Shown one piece after another: positions 29,601 through 38,105 of a stretch of DNA of 55,702 nucleotides. The position numbers and the translations under genes were made by a program. Each line of letters begins with the position of its first letter. Within the stretch, counting starts at the first letter, position 1. The DNA is taken from sequence record SRR20825019_2100; one strand, written 5' to 3'. Below the pieces are notes generated by a model, which saw nothing but the letters and a program-made list of their open reading frames with translations, was not told the DNA's origin and searched no databases.

Positions 29601-30444
29601 GTGGACCAGAGAACATTCCTTCTACAAGGTTATAACCAAACTTATCAAGTCCAAAAACTTTACCATCGTAACCATCTGGATCTTTACCGTTAAAGTAGAA
29701 ACCAGAAGTTACAACTTCCGCACTTCCGAAGTATTTTGATGAAGGCCCACGAGTTGTTACCGAGATAATACCTCCAGTTGCATCACCGTAGTTTGCAGGA
29801 AGTCCTCCAGTAATTACCGTTACCTCTTCAATTGCAGATTTTGGAAGATTCGAAGATCCACGAACCTTAATACCATCTATATAGAAGTATGTTGCATCCG
29901 AACGAGAACCACGGACACTGATGTCACCTGATCCTTCGTTTGTGTTAACCCCTCCTACTGTTCCTGCAACAGCTGCTGCCGAACGAACTGGGAGACGTGC
30001 AATATCTTCACGAGTTACAGTTGCTCCAGACGCTCCACCATCTTTATCAATAAGTGGAATACGATAAGCAACTACACGTACCTCTTCTATTTCTTGAACA
30101 TCAGAAGCTTTTTCAAGTGTTAACTTGTCCAAGAAGGTAATTTTCCCTGAACTTACGATAACGCCTGTTAATAACTGAGGTTGGTAACCTTCTACATCAT
30201 TTCTTACGTCCACATCATATGAACCAGGTTCCAATGAGTTGATTTGAAACTTTCCATCAAAATCGGTGTTCGCGACACCTTTTCTTGTCCCATCTTGGAG
30301 AAGTTCCACCTTCGCAAAGGCAATCGGTGCTCTTGAATCCCCGTCGGTAACGGTTCCTCGGATGGTTCCAAGTCCGTTTTGCGAGAACCCATAAAGCGCT
30401 GTAAGCATGAAGCTTACCAATATCAAATTAAGTTTTCGTAACAT
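26653..30444 (-). CDS. TonB-dependent receptor (Oar-like) with N-terminal carboxypeptidase-regulatory-like domain
   Basis: GTIRGTVTD...TDFDGKF; plug SVRGSRSD..FYIDG, VITGGLPANYG; barrel LRPE...YELGF; C-terminal PRTIRLGVKFDF. Confidence 0.92.
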   Translation of the reverse strand: MLRKLNLILVSFMLTALYGFSQNGLGTIRGTVTDGDSRAPIAFAKVELLQDGTRKGVANTDFDGKFQINSLEPGSYDVDVRNDVEGYQPQLLTGVIVSSGKITFLDKLTLEKASDVQEIEEVRVVAYRIPLIDKDGGASGATVTREDIARLPVRSAAAVAGTVGGVNTNEGSGDISVRGSRSDATYFYIDGIKVRGSSNLPKSAIEEVTVITGGLPANYGDATGGIISVTTRGPSSKYFGSAEVVTSGFYFNGKDPDGYDGKVFGLDKFGYNLVEGMFSGPLWMQKDSTGAKTKPRLGFLISGNLTDELDNRGSSGGNWRIKKDVRDSLISNPLRPTSTGVGALYNSDFLRADDFEKVDWRMNARRTTISGQAKFDVNTGPSVNLTFGGSLNYGYGSRYSYANSLMNWSNNGAFKALDWRVFGRLTQRFTNNTEGSSSKIKSAYYSVMVDFSKEKDQAFDPNHQYNLFNYGHVGTFTTTRRPSYTFNDSSNTYIHDGFRDVVVDFVPSELNPTSAAITSQYYDIYNDDPIGNYENLTQIGAGLALINGNSPQSVYSIWSNVGTAYNAFGITENDQFRVTGSGSVNIGDHSLSLGFEYEQRWDRGWTNGSTTNGTGQGPVGLWQIARQYTNFHITELDVNSAYMADSGSFKSVTYQRLNSGYASESGTGNYGGAENGDNQYFFDYNLRNYLFENGFISSGGDGLDFIDIDQYDPNIFQLEMFSPDELLNNGSSFVSYWGFDHTGKKVRGTTDINKYFNEFDENGNYKRFVGSFQPVYLAGYVMDKFAFKDIVFNVGVRVDVFDANQPVLKDPYLFYNARTVAEAKAEFEKDPSLTWIDIPDAMGSDYTVYVDDVNNPTKINGYRQGSVWYNADGIEVEDPTVIKGSGGISPWLLNPGQRTPSADAFEDYKAQVNVMPRIAFSFPISDEASFFAHYDILTKRPTSGFRFDPFEYQFISQRSDIINNANLRPETTVDYELGFQQVLSKTSSLKISAFYREQRDNVQLINVFEAYPATYRTFGNRDFGTVKGMTIAYDLRRTGNIRMTANYTLQFAEGTGSDATSASGLINAGLPNLRAIFPYSFDQRHAFAITFDYRYGEGSDYNGPMVKDFALFENTGLNIVSNIYSGSPYSSQNAISNEGQFSPQGNGGLDGTTNGSRLPWSYRLDLQLDRTFDMKIGKENPKATFLNVYVRVTNLFNQLNVLNVYRATGNWNDDGYLAAASSQNTIQSQLDEQSFRDYYLMKIQNPNNISVPRTIRLGVKFDF

Positions 30445-30676
30445 AAGTACAGTTTGTTTATTTAAAACTTTTTTACTCGTAGAAAGCGCGTAAATATAGA
30501 AAAATTCAGGCTGAATGTATTAATTGTTAAAAAAAATTAAATGCATTGTTACCTAACAATCTTTAACAAAAATACAAAGTTGGCTCAGATTGAAAAGTAT
30601 CTGTAAATTATAATTTTTAAAGAATTATACACGTCTAATATTATTTGAAGTGAAATAATTTGTTCTTTTGATGGTG

Positions 30677-31315
30677 ATGAAATTTCAATTTAGTGAAATA
30701 CAAGTGGGACATACAACGCTGCACTTGCTTAGTTACGAACCTTTTGACATCCAACTGTTCGATCACTACTTATCCCCAACCGAAAAAATTAGACTCAATT
30801 CTTTTCTCCATATTAATCGAAAGCGGGAATTTTTGGCTACTAGAATTCTCTGTTACCGAATTTTTGGAGACACACGGATTAACTATAACGAGCACGGTGC
30901 TCCATTCATAAATTCGACCGAATATATTTCAATAAGTCATTCGAAAAATATTGTTGGAATTGCAGTTAATTCACAATTTGTTGTTGGTTTAGACTTAGAA
31001 CCTCATCGAAAAAATATTTTGAGTCTTACCAAGAAGTTTTTATCTGAAGATGAAAAATTGGTGTTCGATGTCAATTCAACAATGGAGATGACTAAAGTAT
31101 GGTCGGCCAAAGAGGCACTTTACAAACTTGCTGGAAGAAAAAAGATCATTTTCTCTGATCATCTTTTATTAAGTAAGGATTCCGATGGTAACTGGCAAGG
31201 CACGATTGTTAATCCTGATCATCATTTATCGGTGAAATTGGATATATTTGAATTAAATGATACGATTGTATCCCTAAATACTGAGGCTATTGTTAAAACT
31301 CCCATCCATAATTGA
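30677..31315 (+). CDS. 4'-phosphopantetheinyl transferase family protein
   Basis: G.P, ISISHS, VGLDLE, WSAKEALYK; start uncertain (30668-30677). Confidence 0.9.
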   Translation: MKFQFSEIQVGHTTLHLLSYEPFDIQLFDHYLSPTEKIRLNSFLHINRKREFLATRILCYRIFGDTRINYNEHGAPFINSTEYISISHSKNIVGIAVNSQFVVGLDLEPHRKNILSLTKKFLSEDEKLVFDVNSTMEMTKVWSAKEALYKLAGRKKIIFSDHLLLSKDSDGNWQGTIVNPDHHLSVKLDIFELNDTIVSLNTEAIVKTPIHN

Positions 31316-32027
31316 TCAATTCGCTCATCAAAAAGGTCAAATCGCCGTTCTTATCGATCCAGACAAATGCAATGATGAGGAAAGGTTGAAAGAATTATTG
31401 AAACGTGCCCAGTTTGCTGGAGTCAATTATCTTTTCGTTGGAGGAAGCACCGTTTCTCAGTATGATTTTCGAAATGCCATTGATTTAATCAAATCCAATT
31501 CAGAGATTCCAATTGTGCTGTTTCCTGGAGCATCGCACCAAATTTCAGAAAAAGCCGACGCTCTTTTATACCTCAGTTTAATTTCAGGAAGAAATCCAGA
31601 TTTTCTTATTGGACATCATGTTCAATCTGCCAAAGAGGTGTTTGAGATGAATATCGAAGTGATCCCAACGGGGTACATGCTTATTGATGGTGGGACTAAT
31701 TCTTCCGTGGCATACGTCAGTCAAACGACACCTATTCCACCTGAAAACACATCTATTATTTTAAATACAGCGAAGGCAGGTATTTTACAAGGAAAGAAAT
31801 TACTTTTCATGGACGCAGGGAGTGGTGCACTGAACATCGTTCCTAGTGAAATTGTTTTCGAATTGGCAACTCTCGGTGTGCCATTAATAATTGGAGGTGG
31901 CGTGAAATCTTTAACTCAATTAAACACCCTCAAAAACGCGGGTGCAAATGTTATTGTAATTGGGAATAAACTAGAAGAAGACATTGATTTCCTCCTTGAT
32001 ATAAAATCGTATATTGAGGCAATATGA
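31290..32027 (+). CDS. Geranylgeranylglyceryl/heptaprenylglyceryl phosphate synthase family
   Basis: VLIDPDK, FVGGS, VLFPG, ADA...SLISGRNP..LIG, PTGYMLIDGG, DAGSGA, IGGGVKS; internal TATATTTG at 31243-31250. Confidence 0.92.
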   Translation: MLKLPSIIDQFAHQKGQIAVLIDPDKCNDEERLKELLKRAQFAGVNYLFVGGSTVSQYDFRNAIDLIKSNSEIPIVLFPGASHQISEKADALLYLSLISGRNPDFLIGHHVQSAKEVFEMNIEVIPTGYMLIDGGTNSSVAYVSQTTPIPPENTSIILNTAKAGILQGKKLLFMDAGSGALNIVPSEIVFELATLGVPLIIGGGVKSLTQLNTLKNAGANVIVIGNKLEEDIDFLLDIKSYIEAI

Positions 32028-32413
32028 ATTCCAAACAAGTTCAAGTTCTAAGACGAATTTCCTCAATTGCTTTTGCGATTGCTTTTCTTATGGCAATTGT
32101 ATTATTTGCGGGATATGGTAGAAGCATGATCTCTATCATGACAGCCAAGTACATTTTCATTGCCAGTGGCGCGATTGCACTATTATTGAATCTATTAACA
32201 TTTCAGGGAGGAAAGCAAAATCCGATATATAGCTTCGTTTATTGGATCGGAAGTTTAGTCCTTTTTACTGGACTTATTTTCTTCCTTTTTCATTGGCCCT
32301 ATGGCTTCTACATCGTAGTTGCTGGTTTAGGAATTACAGGAATCTCATTCTTTATTCCTTCCGAAAAACCTACCGACACTCCAAAAGACGAGGAATTACT
32401 CGACGATTTTTAG
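32024..32413 (+). CDS. Four-TM membrane protein with GldL-N-like HWP motif
   Basis: Four hydrophobic segments; GLIF..FHWPYG; acidic tail EELLDDF; ATGA overlap. Confidence 0.65.
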   Translation: MNSKQVQVLRRISSIAFAIAFLMAIVLFAGYGRSMISIMTAKYIFIASGAIALLLNLLTFQGGKQNPIYSFVYWIGSLVLFTGLIFFLFHWPYGFYIVVAGLGITGISFFIPSEKPTDTPKDEELLDDF

Positions 32414-32414
32414 T

Positions 32415-33251
32415 TTATTGATATACCGCTTTGAGTGACATATCTAAACTCTGAAAGCTGTGTGTGAGTGCACCTACAGAAATAAAATCAACTCCCGTTT
32501 CAGCGTAAGACCGAATTGTTTCAAGTGTGATTCCTCCAGAAGCTTCCGTTTCGTACTTATCAGGAATTCCTTTTATTGCCTCTCGAATTCGTTCCGGAGA
32601 AAAGTTATCGAGCATTATACGATCAACATTTCCGACCTCCAACACTTGAGCTAGTTCATCTTCGTTTCGAACTTCGATTTCAATCTTGAGTTTTTTACCC
32701 GTTTTCTGTAAATAGTCGTTCGCCCGTTCAATGGCTTGTCTGATTCCTCCTGCGTAGTCGACGTGATTGTCTTTAAGCATGATCATATCATATAAGGCAA
32801 ATCTATGGTTATGTCCACCACCTATTCGCACTGCCCATTTTTCCATGTAGCGAATCCCTGGCGTCGTTTTTCTAGTATCTAGTAATTTTGCTGATGTTCC
32901 TTCAATAAGCTTAACGATCGCATTGGTTTGAGTGGCTATTCCACTCATTCTCTGCATGAAGTTCAGCACGAGCCGCTCCGTACTTAAGATTGATCTTGAA
33001 CTTCCTGTGATTGTAAAGGCAATATCTCCTTTTTTCACCTTTTCTCCGTCTTTTATAAGAACGTCGATTTTCAGCGATGGGTCAAATTTTGCAAAAATCA
33101 TCTGTGCGAGCTCTACGCCTGCAATGATTCCGTCGTCTTTCACCAATAACTTAGCGGTTCCTATTCCATTTTCAGGAACGCAAGACAGCGTTGAATGATC
33201 GCCATCTCCTATATCTTCTAATAAAGCATTTTCAATTATATCGTCAATCAT
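32415..33251 (-). CDS. nadC: Nicotinate-nucleotide pyrophosphorylase (quinolinate phosphoribosyltransferase)
   Basis: EDIG.GD, ERLVLNF, DTRKTTPG, NHR..L.D..LKDNH, MLDNF, EASGGI, SVGALTHS. Confidence 0.97.
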   Translation of the reverse strand: MIDDIIENALLEDIGDGDHSTLSCVPENGIGTAKLLVKDDGIIAGVELAQMIFAKFDPSLKIDVLIKDGEKVKKGDIAFTITGSSRSILSTERLVLNFMQRMSGIATQTNAIVKLIEGTSAKLLDTRKTTPGIRYMEKWAVRIGGGHNHRFALYDMIMLKDNHVDYAGGIRQAIERANDYLQKTGKKLKIEIEVRNEDELAQVLEVGNVDRIMLDNFSPERIREAIKGIPDKYETEASGGITLETIRSYAETGVDFISVGALTHSFQSLDMSLKAVYQ

Positions 33252-33284
33252 AGCACAAAGATATAGAAAGGTGTGAATTGGAAA

Positions 33285-33668
33285 CTATCCTTTTTCTATC
33301 GTGAGACTTTCCATTTTGAACGTTCCACCATCTTGACTAAAATGGATGGTCACTCGAAAGGTTCCACTTGCTGCAGTATAATTCCCTATAGCGAATGTTC
33401 CATCTGCGGATTGCTTTCCTCTAAAAACAAAATCAAAAGAGTTTCCTTTGTGTCGCTTGAAGAAATCGTCTAAAACAAGGGTTGCTTGCTGTTTGCTATA
33501 CGCTCCTTCTTTTCCTTCGATATTGATTAAAATCTTAGCCTTTCCGAGTTCAACGAGCCCTTTCGAATCATTCCTTTCGAATGCACTTTCTATCGAATTG
33601 TATGGGATTTCGCCTGAAAGACAGAGTGTCAGTAAGATGGAAGTTAAAATGGCGTAAATTGCATTCAT
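33285..33668 (-). CDS. DUF4783-like exported protein
   Basis: Signal peptide; YSKQQA..VL.DFF, FAIGNY...GTFRV; minus-strand TATATTTG at 33697-33704. Confidence 0.75.
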   Translation of the reverse strand: MNAIYAILTSILLTLCLSGEIPYNSIESAFERNDSKGLVELGKAKILINIEGKEGAYSKQQATLVLDDFFKRHKGNSFDFVFRGKQSADGTFAIGNYTAASGTFRVTIHFSQDGGTFKMESLTIEKG

Positions 33669-33760
33669 AGCATTTCTTAATTTGATACGAAAATAGCAAA
33701 TATAGTGCCGAATGAAGTCTTTCTATTTTTTGCCTCTATCATAATTACTATTTTCGACGA

Positions 33761-34234
33761 ATGAAGATTAAATTAGTATGTGTTGGAAAGACGATATCTT
33801 CTTACTTGAAAGAAGGTGAAGCGGAGTATCTAAAGCGTCTTGGGCATTATTGCTCTTTTGAAATGATTGAAATTCCAGAGTTAAAAAACGCCCGAAAATT
33901 AAGTCGTGATCAAATAAAAGTTGAAGAAGGAAAATTAATTCTCGCGAAAATTGGGGTTGGAGAATCATTAATCATCCTAGACGAAAACGGTAAAAACTAC
34001 TCTTCTGAAAAATTCGCAGAATTTCTTCAAAAACAACTAAATCAGGGCGGTAAAGGAATTGTTTTTGTTGTTGGTGGAGCTTATGGATTCTCTGAAGAGG
34101 TATATCAACGAGCTCTGCATAAAATCAGTCTCTCTGCCATGACTTTTTCTCATCAAATGGTGCGCTTGTTTTTCTTGGAGCAATTGTATCGAGCACATAC
34201 GATTCTGAACAATGAACCGTATCACCACAACTAA
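33761..34234 (+). CDS. rlmH: 23S rRNA m3Psi1915 methyltransferase
   Basis: MKIKLVCVGK, LDENGK.YSS, FVVGGAYG, SLSAMTFSHQMVR..FLEQLYRA, EPYHH. Confidence 0.97.
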   Translation: MKIKLVCVGKTISSYLKEGEAEYLKRLGHYCSFEMIEIPELKNARKLSRDQIKVEEGKLILAKIGVGESLIILDENGKNYSSEKFAEFLQKQLNQGGKGIVFVVGGAYGFSEEVYQRALHKISLSAMTFSHQMVRLFFLEQLYRAHTILNNEPYHHN

Positions 34235-34282
34235 TTCGTGAAAGTCACGTATATACTAGATTAAACTACGAAATACTTTCTA

Positions 34283-35662
34283 TTGGAAACCGATTATTAT
34301 ACTTTTCTACAACTCATGGCGGCCTTCGTTTGGCTGATCATTATTGTTGCAGGAACTTTGGTTTACAGTAGCAGTAAAAGTGAACTTTCTCATTACCGCT
34401 ATTTCAAGTGGAATGTTTTCTATAAACTCTTCTTTGGAGTTGCTTTCTCTCTTGTCTATCTTTTATACTATGGAGGAGGTGATACAACCGCATACTTCGA
34501 TGGTAGCATTGCACTAAACAATCTATTCAGTAAATCCCCTGAGTTGTACTTCAAACACATGATAAACGTTTCTACATGGGAAGATTTCTCTTCTGATTTT
34601 GATACCCGAACGGGATATCCTCCAGGCTGGATTTATCGAGAGCAAGAGGCTTTTGTGATTTGTAAGTTCATGTCGATTCTAACTTTTTTCTCCTTGAAGA
34701 GCTACTTCGCAATGACACTCATAATGTCAACCATTGTGGCCTATGCTTCATGGAAATTATATTCGCTATTACGCGCTTATGAGTTTACGACGGATAGAAA
34801 GCTAGCACTTGGGATATTATTTTTGCCTTCTGTTAATTTCTGGTGTTCTGGAATTTCAAAAGACACTTGGGTACTCATTGGTGTTATCATGTTGATTTAT
34901 CATTCATTCAAAATTATAAGTCCCCAATTCAAAAGCACCATTTTCAATTGGATCATGTTGTTTTTCTTTGCTTTTTTGATCTACAAAATTCGATCCTTCA
35001 TCCTTTATACGACAATTGTCCCCTTAGCCTTTGCAGTTACCACGCGCTTGGCAAATATTGTCGGTCGAAGCGATTTAAAAATCGTGATTCTTCGAGCTGT
35101 TGTCTTCTTTGGAGCCATTTTCATCGTTCTAACTTCCGTTCAAACAACCAATGAGGAAGAATTCCTAGAAACAAATAGCTTTTTACAAGAAGCCGCGGTA
35201 ATTCAAAAAGATTTCGCGACCAACGAAACGTATGGAACAAACCGTTACTCACTTGGGAAAGTGAATTTCACACCTTCTGGACTTGCGCAAGTTGCTCCGT
35301 TTGCTATCATCACTGGAATTTACCGTCCTTTTTTGTGGGAAGCTCTGTCCCCCACTCTCATTTTCAATGGGCTGGAAAGTGCGCTATTACTTTATTTTAC
35401 CTTTACCTTTTTTCGGAGGGGAGCACGCAAAAAAATTAGAGAAATTAGAGCCCAAGAAGTGTTAATGTTCGCCTTCTTCTTTGTCATTATGATCTCTTTT
35501 ATTACAGGATTAACATCAGGATTGTTTGGCGTACTTGTTCGTCTTCGAGCAATTCTACTCCCGTTTCTGTTCTTACTTTTAACGGTTGATTGGAAAACAA
35601 CGGTCAAGAAAATCCCCTCTAGCTCTCGAAGGTCTGGAAATGAACAGCTACTAGATGATTAA
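34283..35662 (+). CDS. Polytopic membrane protein, GT-C/Wzy-like candidate
   Basis: About 11 hydrophobic segments, loop motif YYGGGDT..YF, PS..FW.SGI.KD; heads the glycan locus; TTG start. Confidence 0.65.
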   Translation: METDYYTFLQLMAAFVWLIIIVAGTLVYSSSKSELSHYRYFKWNVFYKLFFGVAFSLVYLLYYGGGDTTAYFDGSIALNNLFSKSPELYFKHMINVSTWEDFSSDFDTRTGYPPGWIYREQEAFVICKFMSILTFFSLKSYFAMTLIMSTIVAYASWKLYSLLRAYEFTTDRKLALGILFLPSVNFWCSGISKDTWVLIGVIMLIYHSFKIISPQFKSTIFNWIMLFFFAFLIYKIRSFILYTTIVPLAFAVTTRLANIVGRSDLKIVILRAVVFFGAIFIVLTSVQTTNEEEFLETNSFLQEAAVIQKDFATNETYGTNRYSLGKVNFTPSGLAQVAPFAIITGIYRPFLWEALSPTLIFNGLESALLLYFTFTFFRRGARKKIREIRAQEVLMFAFFFVIMISFITGLTSGLFGVLVRLRAILLPFLFLLLTVDWKTTVKKIPSSSRRSGNEQLLDD

Positions 35663-37100
35663 GAATTTACTCAAAGACAGTGTTATTTACGGCATTTCCA
35701 AATACTTGAGCGTATTTGCGGCCATTTTCCTTATGCCTATTTACACGAGGTTACTTTCTCCTGCCGATTACGGAATCATGGAAATCGTAAACTCATGGAA
35801 TACGTTCATAATCGTTCTTCTTCCTCTTGGTTTGTCATCTAGTATAATTCGTTTTCAGAAAGATATGGAATCAAGCCTAAGTGCTAAAAACGGCTATTTA
35901 GGAACGATCTTCTTAACCTTATCGGGGCTGTGCTTAATATACGCTTTGGCGATGATTGCTCTCAAACCCTATCTCGTTCATTTTCTAGGCAACTATCCTG
36001 GGATAGATGAGATTTACTATCACAGTATTTTCATTGCCGTTTCTAGCATTTACCTCGAGTATTTCTTAACCCTACTTCAGGCACAACTGCGTAAAATTCA
36101 CTACTTGATGGTTTCGTTGGTAAACCTAATTGTTTTGATTATTCTTGGATTCGTTTTGGTTTACAACTACAAAATGGGAATTGTAGGATTTTTTAGAGCG
36201 TCTTCAGTTGCCTTAATGGTTGGACTTTCTCTCTGTTTTCTTTTGACTCGAACAGATCTTTCAATACGCTTTTCGAAACGCGTACTTACTATTCTTTTGC
36301 GGTATTCAATTCACATTCTATCGGTTGGACTTCTTTTCAATTCTGTGAACCTTCTTGACCGTTATATCCTTGTGAAATATGCTGGAATTGAAGAAGTTGG
36401 AATCTACTCAATTGGTGTGCGAATTAGCGGCATAATGGGACTAGCGATCGGTTCATTTGCGCTTGCCTGGTTTCCTATTGCCATGCGTATTAAAGATGAA
36501 GAAACTGCCAATTCCACTTATCGTCGAGTCCATGATTTCTATTTTCTTTTCGCGCTCTTTTTACTCGTCGGGATACTTATTGGACGAAGAGAACTAATCG
36601 AAATTTTCGCCCCTTCCTATGGCGCATCCTCGAACGTAATTGCCTATTTAGCAGCATACGTAGTGATTAATGGTTCCATTTACTTTTATTCTCTCGGCAT
36701 CCACATTACAAAAAAGACGAAATACCTTACTTACTCGGCTATTGCATCGATTGTGGTGAACATAACCACATCAGTCATTCTTGTGAAAAGTATGGGCGTG
36801 GATGGAGTTGCCTTGGGAACTTTGCTCGGTTCAATTGTTTGGGTGATCATTCAATTTGCCTTCAGTGAACGTTTGCGCCCGATCAACTTCAACTTAAAGA
36901 TTGTTTTCTTTTCTGTGATTACTGCGGCAATGGTAATTTTCGGAACCCCATTTTTCGATGAGCTACTTGTACAGTCCATTTGGGTTAGAATCATTATCAA
37001 ACTCGCTTTGCTAGGGGCTATAGGACTCCTTCTTTTCTATCTATTCCTCGGAAAGCAACGATTTAAAGAGATTATTCAACTTCTTCGTGGTAGAAAGTAA
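35655..37100 (+). CDS. wzx: Oligosaccharide flippase (Wzx/MOP)
   Basis: LLKDS.IYG, PIYTR.LSP.DYG, DRYIL...G.EEVGIYS, GV.GVAL. Confidence 0.9.
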   Translation: MIKNLLKDSVIYGISKYLSVFAAIFLMPIYTRLLSPADYGIMEIVNSWNTFIIVLLPLGLSSSIIRFQKDMESSLSAKNGYLGTIFLTLSGLCLIYALAMIALKPYLVHFLGNYPGIDEIYYHSIFIAVSSIYLEYFLTLLQAQLRKIHYLMVSLVNLIVLIILGFVLVYNYKMGIVGFFRASSVALMVGLSLCFLLTRTDLSIRFSKRVLTILLRYSIHILSVGLLFNSVNLLDRYILVKYAGIEEVGIYSIGVRISGIMGLAIGSFALAWFPIAMRIKDEETANSTYRRVHDFYFLFALFLLVGILIGRRELIEIFAPSYGASSNVIAYLAAYVVINGSIYFYSLGIHITKKTKYLTYSAIASIVVNITTSVILVKSMGVDGVALGTLLGSIVWVIIQFAFSERLRPINFNLKIVFFSVITAAMVIFGTPFFDELLVQSIWVRIIIKLALLGAIGLLLFYLFLGKQRFKEIIQLLRGRK

Positions 37101-37160
37101 AAATAATCCACTTTTGAGAGTTCTAGAAATCATTACTTTTACTAAAAATGTCAATCGACT

Positions 37161-38105
37161 ATGAAGGATAGTGAAGTACACGAAATAGCGTGTGATTTTT
37201 GTGGAAATAGTCAAACTAAGCCATTCGATTCTGACGGCGATTGGAAGATTGTTACTTGTCAGAATTGTGGATTTCATTATACAAACCCGCAACCGACGCC
37301 AGCAGCACTACCTTTTTATTACACAGAAGAATACTTCAAGGACAAACGTCATTACTCAAAGTTTTACAATGATGATGGGAGCACAAAAAATCAAGCGGAA
37401 GAATACACCAATCGCATTCAAGATGCTGAAACATTTATTGAACAGCGCGGTAGAATTTTAGAAATTGGTTCTGCTCGTGGTGGATTTCTCGGAGTTATGA
37501 AAAAACGAGGATGGGAAGTTGAAGGAGTTGAAATCTCTGCTGACGCTGCCGCTATTGCTCAAAGAAATGGAATTCAAACCTTTGTAGGGATTTTTGATCA
37601 ATACAAACCCACCAATTCAATCGATGTTATTTGTCTTTACCAAACGCTCGAACATGTGCATGATCCGAAGGAAATCATTTTGAAATCGCATGAAATATTG
37701 GCAGAAGGCGGGTTATTTATTGCTGAGATTCCGAACATTGAGTGCTTTGAATTGAAATACAGTAAATCGCGCCGACATTTATCGTATGATCTTCCACGTC
37801 ATTTGAATCATTTCTCTCCTAGTTTCCTGAAGAAAGAACTCGAAAAAGCAGGATTTGAAGTTGTCGACATTGATCTCTATCCTCCTAAATTCTTACTGAA
37901 AATGCTTGGTGGGATTCAAAAATTAAAAGGTTCGAAATCTGCACCAGTTCCGAATACAGAAAAATCAAATGTGGATGAGAGTGCATCAAAAATACCACTT
38001 CTCAAAAAAGCAATCAGTGGAAAAAAACAACTGCTGATTCGTCGCATTTCTCGCATGTTTCCAGGCTGGCGATTCACTATAACTGCTCGAAAAAAGAGTG
38101 CTTAA
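37161..38105 (+). CDS. Class I SAM methyltransferase with N-terminal Zn ribbon
   Basis: CDFC...CQNC, ILEIGSARG, LEHV.DP, PRHLNHFS. Confidence 0.9.
   Translation: MKDSEVHEIACDFCGNSQTKPFDSDGDWKIVTCQNCGFHYTNPQPTPAALPFYYTEEYFKDKRHYSKFYNDDGSTKNQAEEYTNRIQDAETFIEQRGRILEIGSARGGFLGVMKKRGWEVEGVEISADAAAIAQRNGIQTFVGIFDQYKPTNSIDVICLYQTLEHVHDPKEIILKSHEILAEGGLFIAEIPNIECFELKYSKSRRHLSYDLPRHLNHFSPSFLKKELEKAGFEVVDIDLYPPKFLLKMLGGIQKLKGSKSAPVPNTEKSNVDESASKIPLLKKAISGKKQLLIRRISRMFPGWRFTITARKKSA

Noticed and set aside
32024-32413. Calling this gene gldL/porL
   Set aside because: Only the HWP TM motif resembles GldL; there is no cytoplasmic coiled-coil and no gldK/M/N neighbours
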